64,000 bases of DNA from contig CANRCV010000002.1 of assembly GCA_947629205.1 (NCBI GenBank), positions 5,958-69,957 of the forward strand, given 5' to 3'. The position numbers and the translations under genes are program-made. Origin of the DNA: an uncultured Bacilli bacterium. GTDB lineage: Bacteria; Bacillota_I; Bacilli_A; RF39; UBA660. The notes below the pieces were generated by a model, which saw only the letters and a program-made list of their open reading frames with translations, ran no database searches and was not told the origin of the DNA. Shown here one piece after another: positions 26,276 to 36,641 of this stretch (the first letter of the stretch is position 1; each line of letters starts with the position of its first letter).

Positions 26276-28872
26276 ATGTCTTAAACCGTCTTACTTTTCA
26301 AAATTTAAAATTAAATAAAAAAAGAACGATTGTAACGATTATTGGTATTTTATTATCTGTTGCATTAATTACTGCTGTTTCTTCTATTTATGTTAGTTTA
26401 ATTAAATCTTTAATTTCTTATGAAATACAAGAAAAAGGTAATTTTCATGTAGCCTATTATGATGTACCCAAAAGTGAACTTCAAACATTTGAAAATAATC
26501 GTAGTGTAGATTCTTTTTATATAACAAAAAACATTGGGTATGCAACTATTCCTTCAAAAAATGAAAATAAACCCTATGCTTATATTAAAGAATTTACAAA
26601 AGAGTCTTTAGAAAATCTGTCTGTCAACTTAGTAAGGGGACGTCTTCCCGAAAATAAAGAGGAAATACTTATTCCAACTCACTTAAATACCAATGGTCGC
26701 GTAAAACTAAATGTAGGAGATACAATTACTTTAAATGTAGGAACTAGAATGAGTTTAATAGATCATATAGAATTAGAGCAAACAAATCCTTTTCAAGGGG
26801 AAGAAGAAATTTTAAATCCCACTTTAAAAACGTATACGATTGTAGGAGAAATAGAAAGACCTGCTTCGAATATTGAAAGTTATTCTGCTCCTGGTTATAC
26901 TTTCATTAGCTATATGGAGGATAATCAAATAGGGGACTCGGTAGATATTTATGTTAAATATAAAAAAGGAGCTTTAAAAAGTATTTATAAAACAGTTGGA
27001 GATACGATTGGTATTGATGGTAATCTTTATCAAAAAGTGTATGGAGAAAACCAAATGAATGCCAAGTTAATCGATGAATTAGACCAACAATTAAAACAAG
27101 CCAAATATCAAGTAGAATTGAATGATTATTTAATTACTTTAGAAACCAATCCTATTCAAGATAGTGGAATTGGTGGGCTTGGAATTACAGTAATGATTGT
27201 TTTAGCTATTATTGTTTTTACCTCTATTTATTGTATTAAAAATAGTTTTGATATTTCCATTACGGAAAAAATTAAACAATATGGTATGTTACGTAGTATT
27301 GGAGCTACTAAAAAACAAATTCGTCATAATGTTTTTATAGAAGCTACTCTATTAGGAATAGTAGGTATATTCTTAGGTATTTTAGCAGGTACTTTGGCTT
27401 CCTATCTTTTGATATTAATTAGTAACTATTTTTTAAAAGATCAAATTGGTATAGAGTTAGAATTTGCTTTTTCCATAATTTCTTTACTGATAGCTATTTT
27501 ACTTGGTATAGTCACTCTTTATGCTTCGGCTTTTCAAAGTGCTAGAAAAGCATCTAAAGTAAGTCCTATTGAATCAATTCGTAATAGTGCATCAATTCAA
27601 TTGAAATCCAAAAAAATAAAATCTCCTAAATGGATTAAAAGAATTTTTGGAATAGGAGGAGAAATTTCTTTTAAAAACTTAAAAAGAAATAAGAAAAAGT
27701 ATCGTACAACAACCATTTCCATTATTGTTTCGGTATTTGTTTTTATTGCTTTAAGTGAATTTATGCATCTCGCTTTTTCGAGTTTAAAAGAAGAAATGAA
27801 ATTAAGTGAATACAATATAACTTTAAATGCACATAATTATACAGAAGAAATGTATCAAGAATATATTTCAACCGTTCATTTAAATACTGTTTTAAATTAC
27901 ACCATTGAAAGATTTGATTATATTTCTTTTACTGGACCAGCTTTTAATCCAGAATATAAAAATACCCTTCATTTAAAAGAAGAAACAGAAGATGAAAAAC
28001 ATGCTTTACAAGTCATTAGTTTGGGCGAAAAACAATATCGAGAGTATTTAAAAGAATTAAATCTATCCTATGAAGAGGTTAAAGATAAAGGAATTCTTTT
28101 AGATACCATGACGGTTCAATATCAAAGTTCCAATGAAAAAATTCATAAGAAAAAAGTAAGACTTTATAATTTTCAAAAAGGAAGTATTGTAAAAGGAGTT
28201 ATGGAAAATACCCAAAAAGAAGCCAATATTGAAATTGCTTTTGTTACAGAGGTAAAACCATTTGGTTATAAAAATAATGCAGGTACTTTTTTAGTGGTTA
28301 GTGATGCCTTTTTTGATACTTATGCTAGTTCTAAAAATGTAACTATTTATTATCAATCGAGTAATGCAAATGAACTACAAGATACGATTGAAAAAAACTT
28401 AAAAGAAGGAGGATATTCCATTAACAATATGGATGAATCTGTTCAAATGATGAAAAATTTATTTATCTTAGTTGGTATTTTCTTATATGGTTTTATTATT
28501 GTTATTTCTTTAATTGGTATTACAAATATTTTTAATACAATTACAACCAGTATGGAATTAAGAAAACCAGAATTTGCAATGTTAAAAAGTATTGGTATGA
28601 CCAATAAAGAATTTAAAAGAATGATTCATTTAGAAAGTTTGTTTATGGGCGTAAAATCACTATTTTTTGGAATTGTGATTGGTACCATTTTATCCTATAT
28701 TTTGTATCGTTGTTTAGCAGTAGATGAAATTTTATCCTTTACACCACCAATCTTTGCTATTTTCTTATCCATTGTTGTCGTGTTCTTCCTTATTTCTGTT
28801 CTTATGCGTTATTCTATTTTAAAGATTAATAAACAAAATACCATTGAAACCATTCGTAATGAAAATATTTAA
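26272..28872 (+). CDS. FtsX-family ABC permease (two FtsX modules)
   Basis: 866 aa, repeated 4-TM FtsX-like blocks with large extracellular domains. Confidence 0.75.
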   Translation: MNVLNRLTFQNLKLNKKRTIVTIIGILLSVALITAVSSIYVSLIKSLISYEIQEKGNFHVAYYDVPKSELQTFENNRSVDSFYITKNIGYATIPSKNENKPYAYIKEFTKESLENLSVNLVRGRLPENKEEILIPTHLNTNGRVKLNVGDTITLNVGTRMSLIDHIELEQTNPFQGEEEILNPTLKTYTIVGEIERPASNIESYSAPGYTFISYMEDNQIGDSVDIYVKYKKGALKSIYKTVGDTIGIDGNLYQKVYGENQMNAKLIDELDQQLKQAKYQVELNDYLITLETNPIQDSGIGGLGITVMIVLAIIVFTSIYCIKNSFDISITEKIKQYGMLRSIGATKKQIRHNVFIEATLLGIVGIFLGILAGTLASYLLILISNYFLKDQIGIELEFAFSIISLLIAILLGIVTLYASAFQSARKASKVSPIESIRNSASIQLKSKKIKSPKWIKRIFGIGGEISFKNLKRNKKKYRTTTISIIVSVFVFIALSEFMHLAFSSLKEEMKLSEYNITLNAHNYTEEMYQEYISTVHLNTVLNYTIERFDYISFTGPAFNPEYKNTLHLKEETEDEKHALQVISLGEKQYREYLKELNLSYEEVKDKGILLDTMTVQYQSSNEKIHKKKVRLYNFQKGSIVKGVMENTQKEANIEIAFVTEVKPFGYKNNAGTFLVVSDAFFDTYASSKNVTIYYQSSNANELQDTIEKNLKEGGYSINNMDESVQMMKNLFILVGIFLYGFIIVISLIGITNIFNTITTSMELRKPEFAMLKSIGMTNKEFKRMIHLESLFMGVKSLFFGIVIGTILSYILYRCLAVDEILSFTPPIFAIFLSIVVVFFLISVLMRYSILKINKQNTIETIRNENI

Positions 28873-28926
28873 AAAGGCGTTTGGCCTTTTTTGTCTTATG
28901 ATATAATAAAAAAGAAAGGAGTTTTT

Positions 28927-29583
28927 ATGCAAATATTACTTATTGAAGATACCGAATCCATTATTAAGGGACTCGTGTATTCTTTTGAACATAATGAAGA
29001 AACATTAATTGTAAAAACAACTTTAAAAGAAGCAAGAACATTTTTAGAAACCCATCCTCCACTCGATTTAATTATCCTAGATATTACCTTACCAGATGGG
29101 AATGGCCTTTCATTCTTTGAAAGTACGATTAAACACTTACAAATCCCCACTATTTTTTTGACAGCTGATGATGAAGAAGATACGATTGTAAAAGGACTTA
29201 CGATGGGAGCAGAAGACTATATCACCAAACCTTTTAGTACCAAAGAATTAATGGCTAGAGTGCATAAAGTTTTATTACGAAATCAAAAACAAAGTCGTAT
29301 TACCATTCAAGATATCTCTTTAGATTTAGATAAAATGATTTTTTATAAAAAAGAAGAAAAGATAGAGTTAACTCCTTTAGAACTGAAACTATTACATTTT
29401 TTATTTATGAATTTAAATAAAGTGGTTTATCGTACAACTCTTTTAGATAAAGTATGGGAATGGACAGGAAATTATGTAGATGATCATACCATTACGGTTT
29501 ATTTTAAACGGATTAGACAAAAAATAAAGACAGATATTATTAAAACAATTAAAGGAATAGGGTATCGTATTGATGAAGAATAA
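28927..29583 (+). CDS. OmpR-family response regulator
   Basis: Start at MQILLIEDTES after the AAGGAG RBS; DLIILDITLPDGNG; C-terminal winged helix. Confidence 0.85.
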   Translation: MQILLIEDTESIIKGLVYSFEHNEETLIVKTTLKEARTFLETHPPLDLIILDITLPDGNGLSFFESTIKHLQIPTIFLTADDEEDTIVKGLTMGAEDYITKPFSTKELMARVHKVLLRNQKQSRITIQDISLDLDKMIFYKKEEKIELTPLELKLLHFLFMNLNKVVYRTTLLDKVWEWTGNYVDDHTITVYFKRIRQKIKTDIIKTIKGIGYRIDEE

Positions 29584-30781
29584 AGAAAATTTAAAAAAAT
29601 ATTATTGGAAATGTCTATTTCTCTTTTTTGTTCTTTCCATCTTCTTTTTACTCTTAAATCAATATGAATATCAAATTTATACAAAAAATTTTAACAACCA
29701 TATAAATTCGATGATTCATTTAATTCAATCAAAATATCCTACCATTACAGAAGAAGAAATTATTAAAAATTTAAACCAAGAAGAAACCAGTTCTTTTTTT
29801 CAAAAATATGGAATTGATTTAAATACTGATTCCATATTGTTAGAAAATGAAAAAAGTTATCATACGTTTCTTTTTATAAATCTTTTCTTTTTTACAATGG
29901 CTATTTTCCTTTTCTTTGTTTTTTTTATTAAATATAATCGTAAAAGAGATAAAGAAATTAAAAGTATTACCAAATGTATTGAAGAAATTAATCATAAGAA
30001 TTATGAATTACAAATTGATACCATGAGTGAAGATGAGTTATCGATTTTAAAAAATGAAATTTATAAAACTACAATTATGTTAAAAGAAGCAGCAGAAAAT
30101 GCTTTATTGGATAAAAGAAATTTAAAACAATCCTTAGAAGATATATCCCATCAATTAAAAACTCCTCTTACTAGTATTTTAATTATATTAGATAATTTAA
30201 TTGAAGAACCTGATATGGAAGAAAAAATACGTAATGATTTTTTAAGAGATATAAAAAGAAATGTATTAAATATTCACTTTTTTGTTCAATCTTTATTAAA
30301 ACTTTCTAAATTTGATGCGAATACAATCTCTTTTCAAAGAAAAGAACAAAGTGTATATAAAATCATAAAAGAAGCTATTCAAAATGTGGAAACTTTATGT
30401 GATTTAAAAAATATATCTATACAAGTTAAAGGTAAGAAAACTTGTTTATTAAATTGTGATTTTCATTGGCAAGTAGAAGCTATAACCAATATTTTAAAAA
30501 ATTGTATTGAACATTCTAAAGAACAAAGTGAGGTATTAATGGAACTAGAAGAAAATAATGTATATGTTCGCATTACGATACAAGATTTTGGAGAGGGAAT
30601 TAAACCCAAAGATCTTCCTTATATTTTTGAACGTTTTTATAAAGGAGAAAGTAAAAACAAAGAAAGTGTTGGTATTGGACTTGCTCTTTCTAAAAGCATT
30701 ATTGAAAAAGAAAATGGACATATTCGGGTTGTATCAAATGAAACAGGAACAACTTTTATCATTCAATATGCCAAAATATAA
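29570..30781 (+). CDS. sensor histidine kinase
   Basis: H-box ISHQLKTPLTSI, G-box GIGLALSKSI, two N-terminal TM helices. Confidence 0.85.
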   Translation: MMKNKENLKKYYWKCLFLFFVLSIFFLLLNQYEYQIYTKNFNNHINSMIHLIQSKYPTITEEEIIKNLNQEETSSFFQKYGIDLNTDSILLENEKSYHTFLFINLFFFTMAIFLFFVFFIKYNRKRDKEIKSITKCIEEINHKNYELQIDTMSEDELSILKNEIYKTTIMLKEAAENALLDKRNLKQSLEDISHQLKTPLTSILIILDNLIEEPDMEEKIRNDFLRDIKRNVLNIHFFVQSLLKLSKFDANTISFQRKEQSVYKIIKEAIQNVETLCDLKNISIQVKGKKTCLLNCDFHWQVEAITNILKNCIEHSKEQSEVLMELEENNVYVRITIQDFGEGIKPKDLPYIFERFYKGESKNKESVGIGLALSKSIIEKENGHIRVVSNETGTTFIIQYAKI

Positions 30782-30820
30782 AAAAATAGTGTGTTATAAT
30801 ACAAAGTAAGAGGTGGCTTT

Positions 30821-31792
30821 ATGGAAATGTATGAAAAAAGTGGAACGATTTTATATGTTTTAAATGTATTAAAAAAATATAGTAATGAAAAACATCCTTT
30901 ATCTTCAAAAAAGATTCAATACTATATTGAAAAAGACTATCAAGTATATGTAGAATCTAGAACGATTCGTAGATATATACAACTTTTAATTTATAAATTT
31001 CATTATGATATTGAAACGTATGAGATAAATCATAAAGGATACTTTATTCGTCGTTCTTTACATGAGTTTAATAATGGGGAGTTGTCTGCTATTTTAAATA
31101 CGTTTAATTATTCTAATTTTATTCCTTTAAAAAAAGCAACGCAAATTATGGAAAAATGTCTTGATCAAATGGATATTTATGAACAAGAAAAATATAAAAA
31201 TTATACCCTTTCTATGAAAAATACCAGAACCAATAATAGTGAAACTATTAAAAATATTGAAAAAATAAATGAAGCTATCTTTAACCAAAAGAAAATTACT
31301 TTTGCTTATTATAAATATGAATTAAAAGAACAACTGGAATATACTTTTTTAAAAAATATAAAAATCACTCCTTATAAGCTCATTTATGCTTTACAAAAAT
31401 TTTATGTGATCGGTACAGATGAAAATAATAAAAGTTTATTTAGTTATCGTCTTGATCGTATGCAAAATATTGTTCTTTTAAAAGAAATGGCTTCTCATAA
31501 ATTTGATGAAAATGAAATAGATTTTTTTATAAAAAGCAATGTGAATATGCTGTCAGGTGATATGGAAAAAGTAGAAATTGTTTGTGATTTAACTCTATTA
31601 GATAACGTTATTGAATTGTATGGAAAAGAAGTTAAATTAAAAAAAATAGATGATAATACGTTCTATGCTTCTTTTTATACCACGATAAAAGGTTTTCGTT
31701 ATTGGTGCTTGCGTAATATTGAAACTGTAAAAGTTTTATCCCCTAAAAGTTTAGTAAAAGACATTAAAAAAGTAATAGAAGATCATTGTTAA
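30821..31792 (+). CDS. wHTH + WYL-domain transcriptional regulator
   Basis: N-terminal HTH (SSKKIQYYIEKDYQVYVESRTIRRYI); WYL-like core KFYVIGTDENNKSLFSYRLDRMQNI. Confidence 0.6.
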   Translation: MEMYEKSGTILYVLNVLKKYSNEKHPLSSKKIQYYIEKDYQVYVESRTIRRYIQLLIYKFHYDIETYEINHKGYFIRRSLHEFNNGELSAILNTFNYSNFIPLKKATQIMEKCLDQMDIYEQEKYKNYTLSMKNTRTNNSETIKNIEKINEAIFNQKKITFAYYKYELKEQLEYTFLKNIKITPYKLIYALQKFYVIGTDENNKSLFSYRLDRMQNIVLLKEMASHKFDENEIDFFIKSNVNMLSGDMEKVEIVCDLTLLDNVIELYGKEVKLKKIDDNTFYASFYTTIKGFRYWCLRNIETVKVLSPKSLVKDIKKVIEDHC

Positions 31793-31817
31793 AAATAGAG
31801 AAATTTTTAAGTATATT

Positions 31818-31848
31818 GATACCTTTTGTGACCAGGTATCTTTTTTTT
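31818..31848 (+). terminator. intrinsic terminator after the WYL gene
   Basis: gatacct-tttgtgacc-aggtatc + T8. Confidence 0.75.
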
Positions 31849-31979
31849 ATGAAAAAAAGAGTCAAAAATTGAGAAAAAAAGATAAAAAATAGAAAAAAAT
31901 TTAGTGTAAATGCCCATAAATAAAGGAAAGAAAGAGAAAATAGAAGGTATGCTATAATAGCAATAGAAAGAGGTGTTGT

Positions 31980-32177
31980 ATGAAAACAATCAAAATAAAC
32001 AATTATCGTGATGTAGAACAATTAAAATCTTTAGAAGATAAAGAACTAAGAGTAAATTTAGAAACTTGTGAGGCAAGTCAAAGAACAAGAGTTATTGATT
32101 TTTTAGCAGGGATGACTTTTAAAAAGGGGAGTCTTAAAAAAGTAAAAGCTTATGAATATATTGTTCAATTCTTTTAA
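31980..32177 (+). CDS. hypothetical 65-aa protein
   Basis: Preceded by extended -10 TGCTATAAT and RBS AGAGGTG. Confidence 0.45.
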   Translation: MKTIKINNYRDVEQLKSLEDKELRVNLETCEASQRTRVIDFLAGMTFKKGSLKKVKAYEYIVQFF

Positions 32178-32213
32178 TGTTTGTTATAATGGTTTTAGAA
32201 AAGAGAGAGTAAT

Positions 32214-33119
32214 ATGAACCCCAAAAAAGAAATTAAGCATTATGAAGATGAGCAATTTGAAGAAAAAACAGTAAAATATTTAAACTATGTGATGGATAGT
32301 AGTCCTTATTTTGATCCAGATGGTACTTATACAACTAAGGATAGTCCTTTTTATCAAGATATGACTGCGTTTTTAAATCATCAACAAAGTGCATATACCT
32401 ATCAATATCATCATCAACAAGGAAAATGTCATGGTTGGATAGAAGCTACGCATAAAAAAACCAAACAAATACTTTATTTACGTACCGATCAATTTGGATT
32501 TTCTTTTTTTGGACGTAGTGCTTTTTCGGAGCGTTATCCGTATGGGCATTATTTTCATATGATTTTTAAAGATAAAACAAAAAAAGAAAGAGAACAAGAT
32601 TTAAAATTTATTGCTAAATGTGTGAATGATTCCAGAACAATTGGTGGTTCTTTTCTATGGCCGGTGGTACTAGATGGAAACAAATACTCTAGTCATTACA
32701 ATCGAAAAAGAGGAATTGCGAGTTACATAGAAGACCGAGTTGATTTAACATTATGGGAGATTCAAAAATATTATGAAGGAGAAAAAAATCTTATAATAAC
32801 AGAAGAAAGTATAGATAAAGAAGAAATGAAAACTTGGTTGGATTCTTTTGAGACTTTTTCTAACTACGTTCAAATTCTTTGTTTTGATGCTTTTGTGCAT
32901 GATGAAAAAATTATTGATATTGTCAATTCCAATATCGAAAAAAAAGAAATCCACTTTCTTACCGATGAAATGGTTGAAAAAATAAAAGCAGAATATAAAG
33001 AAAATAAAAATTTGAATACCATTAAAAATATTCAAAAGAAAGAAGATTTAAAAAGAGTATTAAATAATGTTAGAATCTTGATTAGAAAACGTTCTAAACA
33101 AATAGAAGGTATAAAGTAG
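32214..33119 (+). CDS. hypothetical protein (301 aa), no family recognised
   Basis: ORF with RBS; conserved-looking block IGGSFLWP…YNRKRG…EDRVDLTLWEIQKYY. Confidence 0.5.
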   Translation: MNPKKEIKHYEDEQFEEKTVKYLNYVMDSSPYFDPDGTYTTKDSPFYQDMTAFLNHQQSAYTYQYHHQQGKCHGWIEATHKKTKQILYLRTDQFGFSFFGRSAFSERYPYGHYFHMIFKDKTKKEREQDLKFIAKCVNDSRTIGGSFLWPVVLDGNKYSSHYNRKRGIASYIEDRVDLTLWEIQKYYEGEKNLIITEESIDKEEMKTWLDSFETFSNYVQILCFDAFVHDEKIIDIVNSNIEKKEIHFLTDEMVEKIKAEYKENKNLNTIKNIQKKEDLKRVLNNVRILIRKRSKQIEGIK

Positions 33120-33134
33120 GAAAGGCGTTTTCTA

Positions 33135-33803
33135 ATGCGTAATCTAACTAAATTTGAAAAAAATATTTCTTTTTCCAAAGACAAATTAATCAACTATGGT
33201 TTTTTAGAAAAAGAAAATACGTTTTTGTATGAAGAAAAAATAGCCAATCATTTTTTAGTACGAGTGGAAATTACAAACAAAATGCAAATTTCACAAGTGA
33301 TCGATACCGATACTTTGGAAGAATATAGTTTAGTTGATGTAGAAGGAATAGAGGGCTCTTTTGTAGGAAAGATAAAAAATGATTATGAAAATATACTAAA
33401 CGATATAATTAGTAAATGTACAACAAAAACGATATTTGTCCAAAAACAAAGTCAAGAACTCATCAAGTATGTGAAAGAAAAGTATCAAGATGATTTAGAA
33501 TTTTTATGGGAAAAATTTTCCAAAAACGCTATATGGAGAAATAAAACCAATCAAAAATGGTATGGTATCTTACTTACGATTCCTAGTGAGAAATTAGGAT
33601 TAGAAAAACAAGGAGAAATAGAAATTTTGGATATTCGATGTCCACAAGAAAATATAGTTAAAGTCATTGATAATCACTCTATTTTTCCTGGTTATCATAT
33701 GAATAAAAACCATTGGATTACCATACTTTTAAATGACAGTATAACAACTGAAGAAATAAAAAAATATATGGATCAAAGTTATCAAATTTCTCTTAAAAAA
33801 TAA
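33135..33803 (+). CDS. MmcQ/YjbR-family protein with N-terminal extension
   Basis: C-terminal FPGYHMNKNHWITILLNDS…MDQSYQ matches the YjbR signature. Confidence 0.55.
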   Translation: MRNLTKFEKNISFSKDKLINYGFLEKENTFLYEEKIANHFLVRVEITNKMQISQVIDTDTLEEYSLVDVEGIEGSFVGKIKNDYENILNDIISKCTTKTIFVQKQSQELIKYVKEKYQDDLEFLWEKFSKNAIWRNKTNQKWYGILLTIPSEKLGLEKQGEIEILDIRCPQENIVKVIDNHSIFPGYHMNKNHWITILLNDSITTEEIKKYMDQSYQISLKK

Positions 33804-33846
33804 AAAAATAGGTGTATAATAAAAGAAGAGAAAGAAGAAATGATTT

Positions 33847-34059
33847 ATGGATAAAATAAAGATTAAAATAAAAGGTATGATGTGTGAAGGTTGTGAAAAT
33901 CGTGTTCAAAATGCTTTAAAAGAAATAAAAGGGGTAGAAAACGTGGAAGCAGATCATAAAACAGGTATGGTAATGATTACGGGAAAAAATATAGAATATA
34001 AAGAAATAAAAGAAACACTAGAAGATTTAGAATATGAAATACTTGAGGAAGAAAAATGA
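33847..34059 (+). CDS. copZ: copper chaperone CopZ (HMA domain)
   Basis: GMMCEGCENRV metal-binding motif. Confidence 0.8.
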   Translation: MDKIKIKIKGMMCEGCENRVQNALKEIKGVENVEADHKTGMVMITGKNIEYKEIKETLEDLEYEILEEEK

Positions 34060-36275
34060 AAAAAATAACTTTATCTATTGATGGAATGACTTGTAGTGCT
34101 TGTTCCAATGGATTAGAAAAGTATTTAAATAAACAAGAAGGTATCTTAAATGCCACTGTGAATTTAGTTTTATCTACGGCATCGATTACATATGATGAAA
34201 AAAAAGTAACTAAAACCAATTTAGATACTTTTATTAAAAAGGCTGGATTTCAAAGTTTAGGGGAATTTAAAGAAATGAAAGTAGAAAAAAAGAATAAAAA
34301 AGAAAAAATTTTATTACTTTTTTTCACGATTCTAGCCCTTTTCTTTTTATATATTTCTATGGGACCAATGCTCCATATCAAAATGATTCCATTTTTCGAT
34401 ATGCATGCGCATCCTAAAAATTATGTTAGCATTTTACTTATTTTAACTCTTTTCTTTTTATTCTATGGAAGAGATATTTTAAAAAATGGATATAAAAATT
34501 TGATTCATAAAACACCTAATATGGATACATTAGTAGGAATTGGTGTTTTAACGAGTTTTTTTTATAGTCTTTATAATCTTTATTTGTTTTTTCAAGGAAA
34601 TAGTGCTATGTTGATGCATTTGTATTTTGAATCTTCTGCTATTGTTCTTTATTTTGTAAAACTAGGAAGAGTTATTGATTATTATAGTAAAGATAAAACC
34701 AAAAGAGCCATTCAAAAACTAGTTGAAATTACCCCCGATATTGCTTATGTAAAAAGAGGAAAAACGATAGAAAAAGTAACTTTAGATGAAATTAAAAAAG
34801 GGGATATTTTAGTTTGTTCTGCTGGAGAAAAGATTGCGGTAGATGGAGAAATTGTAAAAGGAAATGCCCATTTTGATGAATCTTTTATTACGGGAGAAAG
34901 TAAACCTATTTTTAAAGAAAAAGGACAAAAAGTCATTGCGGGAAGTCTTAATTATGATGGGTATTTAGAATACCAAGCTGAAAAAATAGGAAAAGAATCA
35001 ACAATTTCAGAAATTGTTCGTTTTGTAATTGAGGCCTCAAATACAAAAGCCCCAATTTCTAAAATAGCAGATAAAGTTTCTGGAATATTTGTTCCTATTG
35101 TTCTTATTCTTGCTTTTGTAACATTTCTAGTTTCTATCTTTCTAGGAAAGGGTATAGATGCTTCTTTAATTACGTTTGTAACAATTTTAGTCGTGGCTTG
35201 TCCTTGTAGTTTAGGACTGGCAACCCCTCTTGCTATTGTTGTAAGTGAAGGAGTATGTGCTAGTCATGGTATTTTAATTAAAAAAAGTGAAATTTTAGAA
35301 ATTGCTCAAAAAACAACTACAGTGGTTTTTGATAAAACCGGTACTCTTACATATGGAACTTTAAAAATTGCTCATATCAAAAATTTTGGTCATAGAAAGA
35401 ATGATGAAATATTAACCTATGTGGGTAGTTTGGAAGGAAAAACAACCCACCCGATTGGTAAAGCTTTTGTTGAATATTTAGAAAATAAGAAAATAAAACC
35501 ATTCGAGGTGCAAGAATTTCAAAATAAAGCTGGATATGGAATTATGGGTAAAGTAAAAAATCATACCCTTATTGTAGGGAATGCTAAACTTTTACAAAAA
35601 TATAAAATTAAAAATACATATCAACAAGAAGAACAAGAACTATTACAAGAAAAAAATAGTATTTTATATGTAGTTATCGATCAAAAAATCGAAGCTTTAA
35701 TTGGTGTAAATGATATTGTAAGAAAAGAAAGTAAAGAACTGATTGATGCTTTACATAAAAAAGGAATAAGAACGATTATGTTAACAGGAGATCATGAACA
35801 AACGGCGATGCAAATAGCGAATTTTTTACATATAGAAGAGGTATATGCAAGTGTCTTACCTAAAGAAAAAGAAAAATTAATTCAAAAATTAAAAGAAGAA
35901 GGACAATTTGTTTTAATGTGTGGAGATGGAATTAATGATAGTATTGCTCTAACAAGTGCTGATATTGGACTAAGCATTTCAAGTGGGGTTGATGTTGCTA
36001 TGGATGTTGCGGATGTTTTGTTAACCAACAATGATTTAAAAAGTATTTTACAATTATTTTTGATTAGTAAACGGACAATGAGAGTAATTAAACAAAATTT
36101 ATTTTGGGCCTTTTTCTATAATAGTTTAATGCTTCCTATTGCTATGGGACTTTTAACACCAATTGGTATTACGATTAATCCTATGCTTGCAAGTCTTGCT
36201 ATGGTTTTTAGTAGCTTAACTGTTGTATTAAATACTTTAAAATTGAGGAGGATAAAAAATGGCAGAATTTCATGA
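34056..36275 (+). CDS. copA: copper-translocating P-type ATPase
   Basis: GMTCSACS HMA, CPCSLGLATP, DKTGTLT, GDGINDS. Confidence 0.9.
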   Translation: MKKITLSIDGMTCSACSNGLEKYLNKQEGILNATVNLVLSTASITYDEKKVTKTNLDTFIKKAGFQSLGEFKEMKVEKKNKKEKILLLFFTILALFFLYISMGPMLHIKMIPFFDMHAHPKNYVSILLILTLFFLFYGRDILKNGYKNLIHKTPNMDTLVGIGVLTSFFYSLYNLYLFFQGNSAMLMHLYFESSAIVLYFVKLGRVIDYYSKDKTKRAIQKLVEITPDIAYVKRGKTIEKVTLDEIKKGDILVCSAGEKIAVDGEIVKGNAHFDESFITGESKPIFKEKGQKVIAGSLNYDGYLEYQAEKIGKESTISEIVRFVIEASNTKAPISKIADKVSGIFVPIVLILAFVTFLVSIFLGKGIDASLITFVTILVVACPCSLGLATPLAIVVSEGVCASHGILIKKSEILEIAQKTTTVVFDKTGTLTYGTLKIAHIKNFGHRKNDEILTYVGSLEGKTTHPIGKAFVEYLENKKIKPFEVQEFQNKAGYGIMGKVKNHTLIVGNAKLLQKYKIKNTYQQEEQELLQEKNSILYVVIDQKIEALIGVNDIVRKESKELIDALHKKGIRTIMLTGDHEQTAMQIANFLHIEEVYASVLPKEKEKLIQKLKEEGQFVLMCGDGINDSIALTSADIGLSISSGVDVAMDVADVLLTNNDLKSILQLFLISKRTMRVIKQNLFWAFFYNSLMLPIAMGLLTPIGITINPMLASLAMVFSSLTVVLNTLKLRRIKNGRIS

Positions 36276-36585
36276 TTTTTTAAAATTAGATATTCGAGTT
36301 GGTACGATTGTAGATGCCAAAGAATTTTTAGAAGCTAAAAAGAAATCGTATCAATTAAACATTGATTTTGGGCCTTTAGGAAAAAAAGTATCTTCTGCTC
36401 AAATTACAGAACGATATACCCCAAAAGAATTAATTGGTAAACAAATTTTAGCCGTTGTGAATTTTCCTCCTAAACAAATTGGACCATTTCAATCAGAGGT
36501 TCTAGTTTTAGGAACGTATTCAAAAGACGGAGTTATTTTAATTACACCAGATAAAGTAGCAGAAAACGGAGATAAATTAGGATAA
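36259..36585 (+). CDS. tRNA-binding domain protein (CsaA/YgjH-like)
   Basis: FLKLDIRVGTIVDAK…SAQITERY OB-fold signature. Confidence 0.7.
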   Translation: MAEFHDFLKLDIRVGTIVDAKEFLEAKKKSYQLNIDFGPLGKKVSSAQITERYTPKELIGKQILAVVNFPPKQIGPFQSEVLVLGTYSKDGVILITPDKVAENGDKLG

Positions 36586-36641
36586 ATTTAGTTGCAATTT
36601 GTACTTTATATTGTATAATAATGAATAAGGGTGTGTTAGGA

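Noticed and set aside
30558-30809. 83-aa plus-strand ORF overlapping the end of the histidine kinase
   Set aside because: It is an alternative frame inside a well-supported kinase gene, with no RBS.
31764-32021. Two overlapping minus-strand ORFs (85 and 60 aa) in the WYL downstream spacer
   Set aside because: F/L/I-rich translation of an A-rich intergenic region that contains a plus-strand terminator and promoter.
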